Source: Caulobacter sp.
Lineage (GTDB): Bacteria > Pseudomonadota > Alphaproteobacteria > Caulobacterales > Caulobacteraceae
Assembly (NCBI GenBank): GCA_028291125.1
Contig: JAQGIN010000543.1
Coordinates: 1 to 62,042 of the forward strand
Length of the DNA stretch: 62,042 nucleotides
Direction of reading: 5' to 3'
Position numbers and translations under genes: made by a program
Notes under the pieces: generated by a model
Told to the model about the DNA's origin: nothing
Seen by the model: only the letters and a program-made list of their open reading frames with translations
Databases searched by the model: none
Shown here: positions 45,927 to 53,643 of the stretch, in pieces
How positions within the stretch are numbered: position 1 is the stretch's first letter
Layout of the letters: the number at the start of each line of letters is the position of its first letter

Positions 45927-46208
45927 ATGCCCCCAGCCGCGTGGATCGCCTTGTGCGGTCTGTTCTTCGCCATCGCCGTCCAGGGGGCCGCCTTCGCCTA
46001 CATGCTTGGCCGTCAGGCTGAGCGCATCGCGGTGCTGGAACGGGAGAACAAGCGCGACGCGGGCGTGAGCGAAAGCGTCGCCCGTCTCGACGAGCGCCTC
46101 AAACATACGACCGAGCAGCTGGAGCGGTTCGACCGTGGTCTGCAGGGCGTCAACCGTCAGCTCGCCAATCTCGCCACCGGCAAGGGCGGCGTCTTCAGTT
46201 CGGAGTGA
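45927..46208 (+). CDS. putative holin/antiholin (1 TM + coiled coil)
   Basis: GGAG RBS; hydrophobic N-terminus; lysis module position. Confidence 0.6.
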   Translation: MPPAAWIALCGLFFAIAVQGAAFAYMLGRQAERIAVLERENKRDAGVSESVARLDERLKHTTEQLERFDRGLQGVNRQLANLATGKGGVFSSE

Positions 46209-46558
46209 TCTCGATGACCGCCGACCTCAACGCGACGATCGGAGCGGCCAAGGACGCCATCAGCGGCCCTGGTACGCCTGACACCGTCGTCGCCACCACC
46301 AAGGCCGACCGGCTGCTGCTGATCGCCATGGCTGGAGCCGGCCCGGCGCTTTGTCTCATGCTCGGCCTAGTCATCTGGATCTTGGCCGACCGCAAAGCCC
46401 CTCTGGCCGTTTCCCTCGCGTCGATCGACGCCTTGAAGTGGATCGGTCTAAGCCTATGCGGCTGTCTAGCCGTGACTGTGGTCCGCCTGGCCAGCGGTCA
46501 GTTCAAGCGCGCCGACGTGAAGGCCGGGCCGGCCAGCCTGTCTATCGGCGCCGACTAG
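46205..46558 (+). CDS. putative holin (2 TM)
   Basis: Two hydrophobic helices; directly upstream of endolysin. Confidence 0.6.
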   Translation: MISMTADLNATIGAAKDAISGPGTPDTVVATTKADRLLLIAMAGAGPALCLMLGLVIWILADRKAPLAVSLASIDALKWIGLSLCGCLAVTVVRLASGQFKRADVKAGPASLSIGAD

Positions 46559-46565
46559 GCGCGCA

Positions 46566-46580
46566 GCGAACCCGGTTCGC
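46566..46580. repeat. dispersed palindrome copy 10 GCGAACCCGGTTCGC (intergenic, before endolysin)
   Basis: Perfect 7-1-7 palindrome. Confidence 0.88.
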
Positions 46581-46603
46581 ATCCCAACAATTCGGAGACG
46601 ACC

Positions 46604-47287
46604 ATGCCGACGCTGATCTCGGCCGCGCAACTGCGGCCGTTCGCCACCAACTGCGACTATACAGCCCTGGCTCCGATGCTCGATCGGGAGGCCCAACGGT
46701 GCGAGATCAGCACGCCTCGCCGCATCCGCCACTGGCTCGCGCACCTCCATCACGAGAGCCAGGGCTTCACCCGGCTGGAAGAGGGCCTGTTCTACAAGAC
46801 GCCCGGCCGCCTGAAGGCGACCTGGCCGACGCGCTTCAAGACGCTGGAGGCCGAGGCGCCGTACCTGCGCAACCCGCAGGCGTTGGCCAACAAGGTCTAT
46901 GGCGGCCGTATGGGCAACAGTGAGCCGAACGACGGCTGGCTGTATCGCGGCGGTGCGTGGATCCAACTCACCGGCAAAGACAACTACCGCCGGGCGTCGG
47001 CTTGGACGGGCCTCGACCTGGTGAAGTCGCCAGAACTGGCGCGAACGCCGTCGGTCGCCTGCGTCATCGCCGCCGACTTCTGGCGAGTCGAGGGGCTGAA
47101 CGCGATCGTCGATGTTGATGCGGGCGAGGCCGAGATCACCGCCAAGGTCGCCGACGTGGCTGAGCGCATCAAACTGACCGAGGGCGACGACCTGCGGCAG
47201 GGCACCGACGAGATCAATGGTGGCCTCAACGGCGTGGAGGACCGGATGCGCCAACTGATCCGGGCCGGCGCGATCTGGAGTGACTGA
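46604..47287 (+). CDS. GH19 (chitinase-fold) endolysin
   Basis: LAH..HES, LANKVYG.RMGN, DGW.YRG...IQLTGKDNY, INGGLNG..DR. Confidence 0.92.
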   Translation: MPTLISAAQLRPFATNCDYTALAPMLDREAQRCEISTPRRIRHWLAHLHHESQGFTRLEEGLFYKTPGRLKATWPTRFKTLEAEAPYLRNPQALANKVYGGRMGNSEPNDGWLYRGGAWIQLTGKDNYRRASAWTGLDLVKSPELARTPSVACVIAADFWRVEGLNAIVDVDAGEAEITAKVADVAERIKLTEGDDLRQGTDEINGGLNGVEDRMRQLIRAGAIWSD

Positions 47288-47373
47288 CCGATGCGCTTGG
47301 CAATCGCCATCCTGATCGCCAGCGCAGCCGGCGCGCTGGTGCTCGCGCTCAACCTGCCGGTCGGAATGCTGAC

Positions 47374-47733
47374 ATGAAACTCTACGCTATCGGCGCCGCC
47401 ATCATCGGCGGCTTGGTCCTTGTCCTTTGGTTGGCCTTGTCCGCTGGGGACAGAGCCCGACAGGGGGCCGCGACGGCCAAGGCCGGAATGACCATCGCCC
47501 AGGGCCAAGCCGGGGCCGCCACCGACGCGACCACGGTCGTCATCGACCAAAACACGGCCGAGAACGCCTCGGCCGATCTCACGAGGAAAAACGATGTCGA
47601 GATCAAGTCCGCTGAGGGCGCCAGCGATAAGGTTCGCGCTCCTGTCGACGCTGCTGGCCGTCGGGCTCTCTGCCTGCGCAACGCGTATCGTGACCAACCG
47701 GCCTGCAAGCAGCTGCTCCACCCTGGTTCCTGA
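47374..47733 (+). CDS. putative i-spanin (Rz-like)
   Basis: N-terminal TM, periplasmic tail with two Cys. Confidence 0.7.
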   Translation: MKLYAIGAAIIGGLVLVLWLALSAGDRARQGAATAKAGMTIAQGQAGAATDATTVVIDQNTAENASADLTRKNDVEIKSAEGASDKVRAPVDAAGRRALCLRNAYRDQPACKQLLHPGS

Positions 47734-47956
47734 CTCGTGGCGCAAAGGGGTGGCGGGCGCGGACATGCCGGCGAGCGACACAGCAGGCGATTGGATCGCG
47801 TTTGGTGACGCCCAAACGGGAAAACTCGACCAGGCGAACGACCGGACCGCGTCGACACTGTCGATCGTCGAGAAGTGCGAGGCTCGGGACGCCGCGACGG
47901 TGAAGGCTCTAACGCCGCCGCCGTGGTGGAAGCTCTGGGCTAACCGAGAGCCCTAG
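47594..47956 (+). CDS. putative o-spanin lipoprotein (Rz1-like)
   Basis: Overlaps Rz in another frame; lipobox LSAC. Confidence 0.72.
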   Translation: MSRSSPLRAPAIRFALLSTLLAVGLSACATRIVTNRPASSCSTLVPDSWRKGVAGADMPASDTAGDWIAFGDAQTGKLDQANDRTASTLSIVEKCEARDAATVKALTPPPWWKLWANREP

Positions 47957-48009
47957 CCCGCAAGCCGGGCCGCACCACGCCGCAGGCTCCCGCAAGGTCG
48001 AGCTACGAC

Positions 48010-48040
48010 AGCGCCTCCGGCTCAGCCGGGGGCGCTTTTT
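48010..48040 (+). terminator. rho-independent terminator of late operon
   Basis: AGCGCCTCCGGC-tca-GCCGGGGGCGCT-TTTT. Confidence 0.85.
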
Positions 48041-48044
48041 GCGT

Positions 48045-48407
48045 TCATAGTCCTGACCAGTTCCGGCTAAGGCGATGGAAGCTGCCGCCGATCGTCGCGC
48101 GGGCCTTGAACACGGCTCGGCCGCCGCACCCGCGAAACTCGCATCGCCGGTAGCAATCCCACGGCACGCCCTCGGTCCCGCGCAACTCGATCAGGCGGTC
48201 GATGTCCTCGACCTGGTCGTGGCCGCACTTCTTGCACCAGCTGCGAATTTGAAACCCGGCCTTCTTCAGCTGGCCGAGCGTCTTGTGTTCATGCCAGTTG
48301 GGGACGGTGTCGCAGTAGTCTGGATTTCGGCTGCCCATTGGCGTTGTCCGTGGATCGGTGAGCGTTCGCTGAGCGCCCGGCGCCTCGACTGCCTGTTCGG
48401 GCGTCAT
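48045..48407 (-). CDS. small Zn-ribbon protein, candidate SOS-regulated antirepressor
   Basis: TLGQL...G..I..WCKKCGH...CEFRGCG; GAGG RBS; upstream LexA box. Confidence 0.7.
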   Translation of the reverse strand: MTPEQAVEAPGAQRTLTDPRTTPMGSRNPDYCDTVPNWHEHKTLGQLKKAGFQIRSWCKKCGHDQVEDIDRLIELRGTEGVPWDCYRRCEFRGCGGRAVFKARATIGGSFHRLSRNWSGL

Positions 48408-48476
48408 TTGGCCTCATGCAAACTTTGGCTGCAGACGGCCCGAGCGATGGACGACGACGCTCGGCGGCGTTCGGGC

Positions 48477-48491
48477 GTTCTCAGAACGTTC
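48477..48491. promoter_or_regulatory. alphaproteobacterial LexA box GTTC-N7-GTTC overlapping a leftward promoter (TTGACT at 48516-48511)
   Basis: GTTCtcagaacGTTC. Confidence 0.75.
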
Positions 48492-48524
48492 TCGTCGTCG
48501 TGCGGCGTCGAGTCAACCGCCGAC

Positions 48525-48539
48525 GCGAACCTGGTTCGC
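48525..48539. repeat. dispersed palindrome copy 11 GCGAACCTGGTTCGC
   Basis: Perfect 7-1-7 palindrome, just upstream of the -35 of the SOS promoter. Confidence 0.88.
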
Positions 48540-48650
48540 CATCATCGCCGCTCAGGCCGTTTTCCACGGGGCTCACAACCCCTTGTGCGGCGTCGGCCGT
48601 TTTCCAATCCCCTGGCCGCTAAGGTGCTGACGGCGCTCGCCGAAACACCC

Positions 48651-48697
48651 GATTGAAAATCCGCGTGTCGGTGGTTCGAATCCGCCCCCAGGCACCA
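48651..48697 (+). repeat. attR core (duplicated tRNA-Phe 3' end)
   Basis: 47-bp exact copy of 4530-4576; upstream sequence no longer forms a tRNA 5' half. Confidence 0.95.
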
Positions 48698-49294
48698 TGA
48701 CTTTCCTCAGATTTTTCGGGACCTAAGATCCGTCGACGGATGTCTTCGGACGGCCGTTCGGGACGCCGCCGCGGCTGTCGCGCCCGGCGGGATTCCGAGA
48801 CGATGGCGCGACGGCCGGCGCCGCCGTCGTGGTCAAGCTTCCCCAACGGCGCCCCAGCGACCGATGTTCCGTAATTTTGCTGCAGCGCAGCATGGATTTT
48901 CGCGTGGACTTGGGAAAAACCACCCCCAATTCCCGGATTATCTTTTGTGCGACGCAGCAACCACGCTATGCAGCGGCGGGCGGCGATAAATTTATGCCTC
49001 GCCCGCCCCCTTGACGATACGAAAAGGGGTTGCCAAAGGACCCCAGCCGTAATTCTAACATTGCGGTAAGATCAAAGCCCCACAGGGGACGAGATCGCCT
49101 CGCGCCTTCGAAACGATCCCTCGCAAGCCTCACGGCTCGGCCAGGGGCGTAACGGGTCGGGCGCAGCGAAGCGGGTCCGAAGCGACACTCGAGCAATCGA
49201 GTGCGGCGACGGACTTTTCGAAATAAGGGTAGAAACGCTCTCGCGCGACGACCCTCGGTCCAAACGTGCTAGACCAATCAGGAACTGGCGACAG

Positions 49295-50200
49295 ATGCTC
49301 GACATTAAACGGAAGACCCCCCTCATCGCTCTCGTTGGCGCCTTGGCGCTGATGGCGAGTGCTCCGGCCTTTGCCCAGGACGCCTCGGCGCCTGCGCCGG
49401 CCGCCGCCGAAGGCGCTGCCGCTGCTCCTGCGGCGACCCCGGCTCCCGAAGCCGCGGCCCCCGCCGCCGAGCCCGTGGACGCCGGCGTGGCCGCCACCGA
49501 AAAGCAACAATCCCATGCCCTGACCCCGGTCGGCATGTTCCTCGCGGCCGGCGCCGTGGTGAAGGTCGTGATGATCGGCCTGCTCCTCGCCTCGGTCTTC
49601 TCCTGGGTGCTGCTGATCACCAAGATCCTGGAGTTCGGCGCGCTCAACAAGCAATCGGACGCGTTCCTGGAAGCGTTCCGTGGCGCTCGCTCGATCGCCG
49701 ACATCGCCCGCATCGGCTCGTCGGAAGAGTTCGAAGGCAACCCGATGGCCGACATGGCCGCCGCGGCGGCCCAAGAAGTCGAACTGTCGCGCCAAGCTGG
49801 CCTGCAGGTCACCGGCGAACATCGCGACTCCACCCTGGCTCGCGCCACCTACGCCATCAGCGCCATTCAGGCGTCGCTGGTTAAGCGCCTGTCGGGCGGT
49901 ATGGTGTTCCTGGCCTCGGTCGGTTCGGCCGGTCCGTTCATCGGGCTGTTCGGCACCGTTTACGGGATCATGACCTCGTTCATCGGCATCGCGAACACCA
50001 ACACCACCAACCTGGCCGTCGTCGCTCCCGGTATCGCCGAAGCGCTGCTGGCCACTGGTATCGGTCTGTTCGCCGCCATCCCGGCGGTTATCTTCTACAA
50101 CTACTTCCAGACCCGCATCTCCGGCTACGGCACGCGCTCTGAAGGTTTCGTTGCTGAACTGATGAACGCCATCTCGCGCCAGCTCGACAAAGGGGCGTAA
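49295..50200 (+). CDS. exbB: TonB-system energizer ExbB
   Basis: LASVGSAGPFIGLFGTVYGIM, VAPGIAEALLATGIGLFAAIPAV. Confidence 0.93.
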   Translation: MLDIKRKTPLIALVGALALMASAPAFAQDASAPAPAAAEGAAAAPAATPAPEAAAPAAEPVDAGVAATEKQQSHALTPVGMFLAAGAVVKVVMIGLLLASVFSWVLLITKILEFGALNKQSDAFLEAFRGARSIADIARIGSSEEFEGNPMADMAAAAAQEVELSRQAGLQVTGEHRDSTLARATYAISAIQASLVKRLSGGMVFLASVGSAGPFIGLFGTVYGIMTSFIGIANTNTTNLAVVAPGIAEALLATGIGLFAAIPAVIFYNYFQTRISGYGTRSEGFVAELMNAISRQLDKGA

Positions 50201-50205
50201 GTCCG

Positions 50206-50637
50206 ATGGCCGCCAAACTCTCAGGCGGTGGGGGCGACAGGTTTAACGTCGAACAGAACAGCGAGATCAACGTCACGCCTTTCGTGGACGTGATGTTGGT
50301 TCTCCTGATCATCTTCATGGTGGCGGCGCCGCTCGCCTCCGTGTCGGTCGAAGTGAACCTGCCGCCGGCGGTCGCGAAAGCATCGCAAAACCCGCCAAAG
50401 CCGGTCTACATCTCGATCAAGGCGTCGGGTCAGGTCTTCCTCGGAGATTACCCGACCTCAGTCGACACGATGGGTGCGGACCTCGCCAAAAGCATCGGCC
50501 GACGCGATCCTACCAAGGAGCGCATCTTCATCCGGGCCGACGAAAAGACACGCTACGGGGCTTTCATGGAAGTGATGAACACTCTCCAGGATAATGGCTT
50601 CTATAGCGTTGCTCTGATCGGCAAGGAAAACAACTAG
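50206..50637 (+). CDS. exbD: ExbD
   Basis: EINVTPFVDVMLVLLIIFMV, IFIRAD. Confidence 0.93.
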   Translation: MAAKLSGGGGDRFNVEQNSEINVTPFVDVMLVLLIIFMVAAPLASVSVEVNLPPAVAKASQNPPKPVYISIKASGQVFLGDYPTSVDTMGADLAKSIGRRDPTKERIFIRADEKTRYGAFMEVMNTLQDNGFYSVALIGKENN

Positions 50638-50647
50638 GGGCGCATGC

Positions 50648-51379
50648 ATGGCTGAACAACAAACGCCCGAGCATCGCCACTACGATCCGCTGACCTCGGA
50701 AGGTAAGCGCCGCAAAAAGGGCTTCGGTCCTTTTGGTGTCGCCCTGATCGTTGTCCTCGGCGTTCACGCTGCTTTGTTCGCTTATCTGGCGAAGCAGAAG
50801 TTCGAATCGGTGATGAAGGAGTATTCGGACGACGCCGTGGACGTGGAGTTACCTCCGCCGCCCCCGCCGCCGCCGCCGCCTCCGCCGCCTCCGCCGCCGA
50901 CCAATGAGCCGCCGCCGCCTCCGGCAGTGGTTCAGCCTCGGCCGCCGGTCGCTCCGCCGCCGGACATCACGCCGCCGCCGCCCCTGCCGATCCCGCCTGT
51001 GAAGGAACGGGTCGAACAGACGGCGCCGCCAGTGATCTCCGCCGTACCGCCGGTTCCCACGAACCCACCGGTCCGGGCTTCGGTGATCACCCGTCCTGAC
51101 TGGGCCCGTAAGCCCAGCGGCGACGACATGGCCCGCTACTATCCGGAGCGGGCTCAGCGGATGGAAGTCAACGGCCGGGCCACGATTTCGTGCACGGTGA
51201 CGGCCAAGGGAACGCTGGAAAACTGCTCGGTGACGTCCGAGACTCCGGCCGACTACCAGTTCGGGGACGCCGCGATGAAGCTGTCGCGTCTGTTCCGGAT
51301 GAAGCCGAAGACCATGGACGGCGCGCCTGTCGACGGGGGCCAGATCTCGGTTCCCATCGTCTTCCAGGTGCCGCGCTAG
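50648..51379 (+). CDS. tonB: energy transducer TonB
   Basis: TM anchor, poly-Pro linker, YYPERA C-terminal domain. Confidence 0.92.
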   Translation: MAEQQTPEHRHYDPLTSEGKRRKKGFGPFGVALIVVLGVHAALFAYLAKQKFESVMKEYSDDAVDVELPPPPPPPPPPPPPPPPTNEPPPPPAVVQPRPPVAPPPDITPPPPLPIPPVKERVEQTAPPVISAVPPVPTNPPVRASVITRPDWARKPSGDDMARYYPERAQRMEVNGRATISCTVTAKGTLENCSVTSETPADYQFGDAAMKLSRLFRMKPKTMDGAPVDGGQISVPIVFQVPR

Positions 51380-51403
51380 GCTCCAAGGCGTCGAAAAACC
51401 AGA

Positions 51404-51435
51404 GCGCCCCGAAGCTTTTGCTTCGGGGCGTTTTT
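51404..51435 (+). terminator. rho-independent terminator
   Basis: GCGCCCCGAAGC-tttt-GCTTCGGGGCG-TTTTT. Confidence 0.85.
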
Positions 51436-51504
51436 CGATTCTGGGCGGTGATTTCGCCGCTTGATCGAAGCGACCGCTACGACTACACAAGCGCCTCGCG
51501 ATGC

Positions 51505-51581
51505 GCCGCCTTAGCTCAGTTGGTTAGAGCGCCGGTTTGTGGAACCGGAGGTCCTCAGTTCAAGCCTGAGAGGCGGTACCA
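51505..51581 (+). tRNA. tRNA-His(GTG)
   Basis: GCCGCCT/AGGCGGT acceptor stem, CCGGT-TTGTGGA-ACCGG anticodon arm, CCA end. Confidence 0.95.
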
Positions 51582-51593
51582 TCGTCGACGATC

Positions 51594-51626
51594 GAAAGGG
51601 CTCGGCCGCCAGGCCGGGCCCTTTTC
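51594..51626. terminator. bidirectional-type hairpin after tRNA-His
   Basis: GAAAGGGCTCGGC...GCCGGGCCCTTTTC. Confidence 0.75.
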
Positions 51627-51775
51627 GCGTTCGGCGCGACGGTGAGGCGGAGGCGGGGCCGGTCCGCGCCCGGACAGGGGATGAGACGGGCGCGGACCGA
51701 CGAGCCGTCCGGCGAGAGGGCAAGCCAGACCTGGCGAAAACGCCGGCCAAGCTGTTCGGTTGCAGGCCGCCGGTC

Positions 51776-51931
51776 CTAGTCTTCGAAGATGTAGATCGAG
51801 GCCGGCGTGTCGCGTAGCAGGGCCCGCACCTGGCGGCGCCGCTGGTCGGCGAGGTTGGCCCGGCGAACCGTCTCACCCAGCGACGGCATGACGACCGCGG
51901 CGACGAGGAACAGGGAAATCAGCACCGTCAT
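51776..51931 (-). CDS. possible 51-aa small membrane protein
   Basis: MTVLISLFLVAAVVMP...SIYIFED. Confidence 0.4.
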   Translation of the reverse strand: MTVLISLFLVAAVVMPSLGETVRRANLADQRRRQVRALLRDTPASIYIFED

Positions 51932-51997
51932 GAGGGTAAAAACGCGCCGCGCGGCGCGGCGATCCCGGCCAAGGGCCGGGACGCCGCCACCGGCTGG

Positions 51998-52417
51998 CTA
52001 GCGAGTCCCCTCGGCGGTGTCCTCGTCGATCATCGCCCGCACCAGGTCGACGACCCGGCGGCGCAGGCGGCGATCGGTGATCTGTGGGAACAGGCTGGCC
52101 AGTTCCAGCCCCTCCGGCGCGGCCACGAACAGCGTCATCCGCTGGGCGAAGCCGTCGTCGTCACCGTCGCCGGTGGCGTCCAGGCCCTCGAAGAAATAGG
52201 ACACCGGCGATTGCAGCAATCGCGCGGCTTCGTACAGCTTGCTGGCGCTGATGCGATTGGCGCCGCGCTCGTACTTTTGCACCTGCTGAAAGGTGATGCC
52301 CAGCGCGTCCGCCAGTTGGGTCTGGCTCAGGCTCAGCAGTTTGCGCCGAATTCGCAGGCGGGCTCCGACGTGGAGGTCCACCGGGTGGGCCGGATCGGCG
52401 GCGGTTTTTTCGACCAT
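51998..52417 (-). CDS. XRE-family HTH regulator (possibly Caulobacter RtrB-like by synteny)
   Basis: HPVDLHVGARLRIRR...SQ..LADALGITFQQVQKYERGANRISAS. Confidence 0.9.
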   Translation of the reverse strand: MVEKTAADPAHPVDLHVGARLRIRRKLLSLSQTQLADALGITFQQVQKYERGANRISASKLYEAARLLQSPVSYFFEGLDATGDGDDDGFAQRMTLFVAAPEGLELASLFPQITDRRLRRRVVDLVRAMIDEDTAEGTR

Positions 52418-52567
52418 CTTCTTTGTCTCTCCATGGCCGGTGGGTCCGTGGTGTGGCCTAGTTAACGCCAGACCGGGGCCTTGGTCACCTGCGACCAATG
52501 CGCCGACCCCTGCGGGGCCACGGAGCAAAATTTGCGGCGCCGGACTTGACGTTTCGGGCGAGCGGGA

Positions 52568-53617
52568 GTGTCTGCCCCCATGGGATTAGGGTCGGGCGCG
52601 CGCGTGGCGGTGGCTGGCGCCGGCGCCATCGGATCAGCCGTGGCGCTGACGCTGGCGCAATCAGGTCTGCAGGTGACGGTGTTCGACGCCGCCGCCCCGG
52701 GCGACAACGCCTCCGGCGTGGCGGCGGGCATGCTGGCCCCGGCCTCCGAGGCGGTGTTCGACCCGCCGTCCGCCGACCATATCGAATTGCTGCGCGCCGC
52801 CCGCGACCTGTGGCCCGCCTTCGCCGCCGGGTTCGGCCTGCCGCTGCATCGCGACGGCGTGCTGATCAACGGCGACAGCGCCTGGCTGCAAGAGGTCGAG
52901 GCCCGGTTCATCGCCCTGCGCCTGCCCGTGCGCCGCATGACCCCGGGCGGCCCGCTGTTCAGCGACGAGGACTGGCGCATCGACCCGCGCCCGGCCCTGG
53001 CGATGATGCGCGAGGCTTCCGAACGCCTGGGGGTCCTCTACGTCCCGGCCGCCGTGGCCGGCTTCGAGGCCGGCGTGCTGCGCCTGGCCGACGGCGACAA
53101 GCAGCCCTTCGACGCCCTGGTCCTGGCCACCGGCGCGGCCCGCGCCCGCTCGGGCCTGGCCCCGGAGCTGGCGCTGCTGTCGCCGATCAAGGGCCAGATC
53201 CTGCGGGCCGCCACCGGCCCGCGCGACGGGCCGGTGATCCGCGGCCAGGGGGTCTATATCTGCCCCGGTCCGCGCCCGGCGATCGGCGCGACCATGGAGG
53301 ACGGCCGCAACGACCGCGACATCGACCCCAGCAAGACCGCGCCGCTGAAGGCCGCCGCCGCCCGGCTGTGGCCGCGGCTGGCCGACACCCCGATGTCGAT
53401 CGAGGTCGGGGTCCGCGCCGCCACCGCCGACGGCCTGCCGCTGGTCGGCTGGAGCGTCGCCGAAGGCATGCTGCTGGCGGTCGGGGCCCGCCGCAACGGC
53501 TGGCTGCTGGCCCCGCTTGTGGCGCGGCTGGCGACGGCCTATCTGACCGACGCCAATCCGGGACCCTACGCGGCCCTGCTCGACGCCAGGCGCTTCGCCG
53601 GGCCCGGCGGCGGATAA
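52568..53617 (+). CDS. FAD-dependent oxidoreductase (DAO / glycine oxidase ThiO-like)
   Basis: GAGAIG, NASGVAAGMLAP, PIKGQ, GVRAATADGLP, RNGWLLAP. Confidence 0.88.
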   Translation: MSAPMGLGSGARVAVAGAGAIGSAVALTLAQSGLQVTVFDAAAPGDNASGVAAGMLAPASEAVFDPPSADHIELLRAARDLWPAFAAGFGLPLHRDGVLINGDSAWLQEVEARFIALRLPVRRMTPGGPLFSDEDWRIDPRPALAMMREASERLGVLYVPAAVAGFEAGVLRLADGDKQPFDALVLATGAARARSGLAPELALLSPIKGQILRAATGPRDGPVIRGQGVYICPGPRPAIGATMEDGRNDRDIDPSKTAPLKAAAARLWPRLADTPMSIEVGVRAATADGLPLVGWSVAEGMLLAVGARRNGWLLAPLVARLATAYLTDANPGPYAALLDARRFAGPGGG

Positions 53618-53643
53618 CGAGAAAAGACGCGCGGGGAGGGCCG

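Larger units (their letters stand above)
4530..48697. mobile_element. apparently complete temperate prophage (HK97-like head, non-contractile tail), ~44 kb
   Basis: Flanking 47-bp direct repeats, integrase, immunity, replication, packaging, head, tail and lysis modules all present. Confidence 0.97.

Noticed and set aside
5993-48539. Dispersed palindromes as a CRISPR array, REP elements or a repeated protein motif
   Set aside because: They are kilobases apart with no spacer array, mostly intragenic, and read in different frames and strands
5993-48539. Palindrome as a LexA box or chromosomal parS
   Set aside because: The Gram-positive box is CGAAC-N4-GTTCG, the alphaproteobacterial box is a GTTC-N7-GTTC direct repeat, and parS is GTTTCACGTGAAAC-like; none matches an N3 spacer
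48651-48697. Second tRNA-Phe gene
   Set aside because: Only the 3' 47 nt are present; it is attR
50852-50990. CCG-rich low-complexity repeat
   Set aside because: Ordinary TonB poly-proline linker
52498-53643. 771-aa ORF suggesting a fusion with acyl-CoA dehydrogenase
   Set aside because: The upstream part is an off-frame reading of the oxidoreductase gene; the real start is 53644 with a GGAGGG RBS
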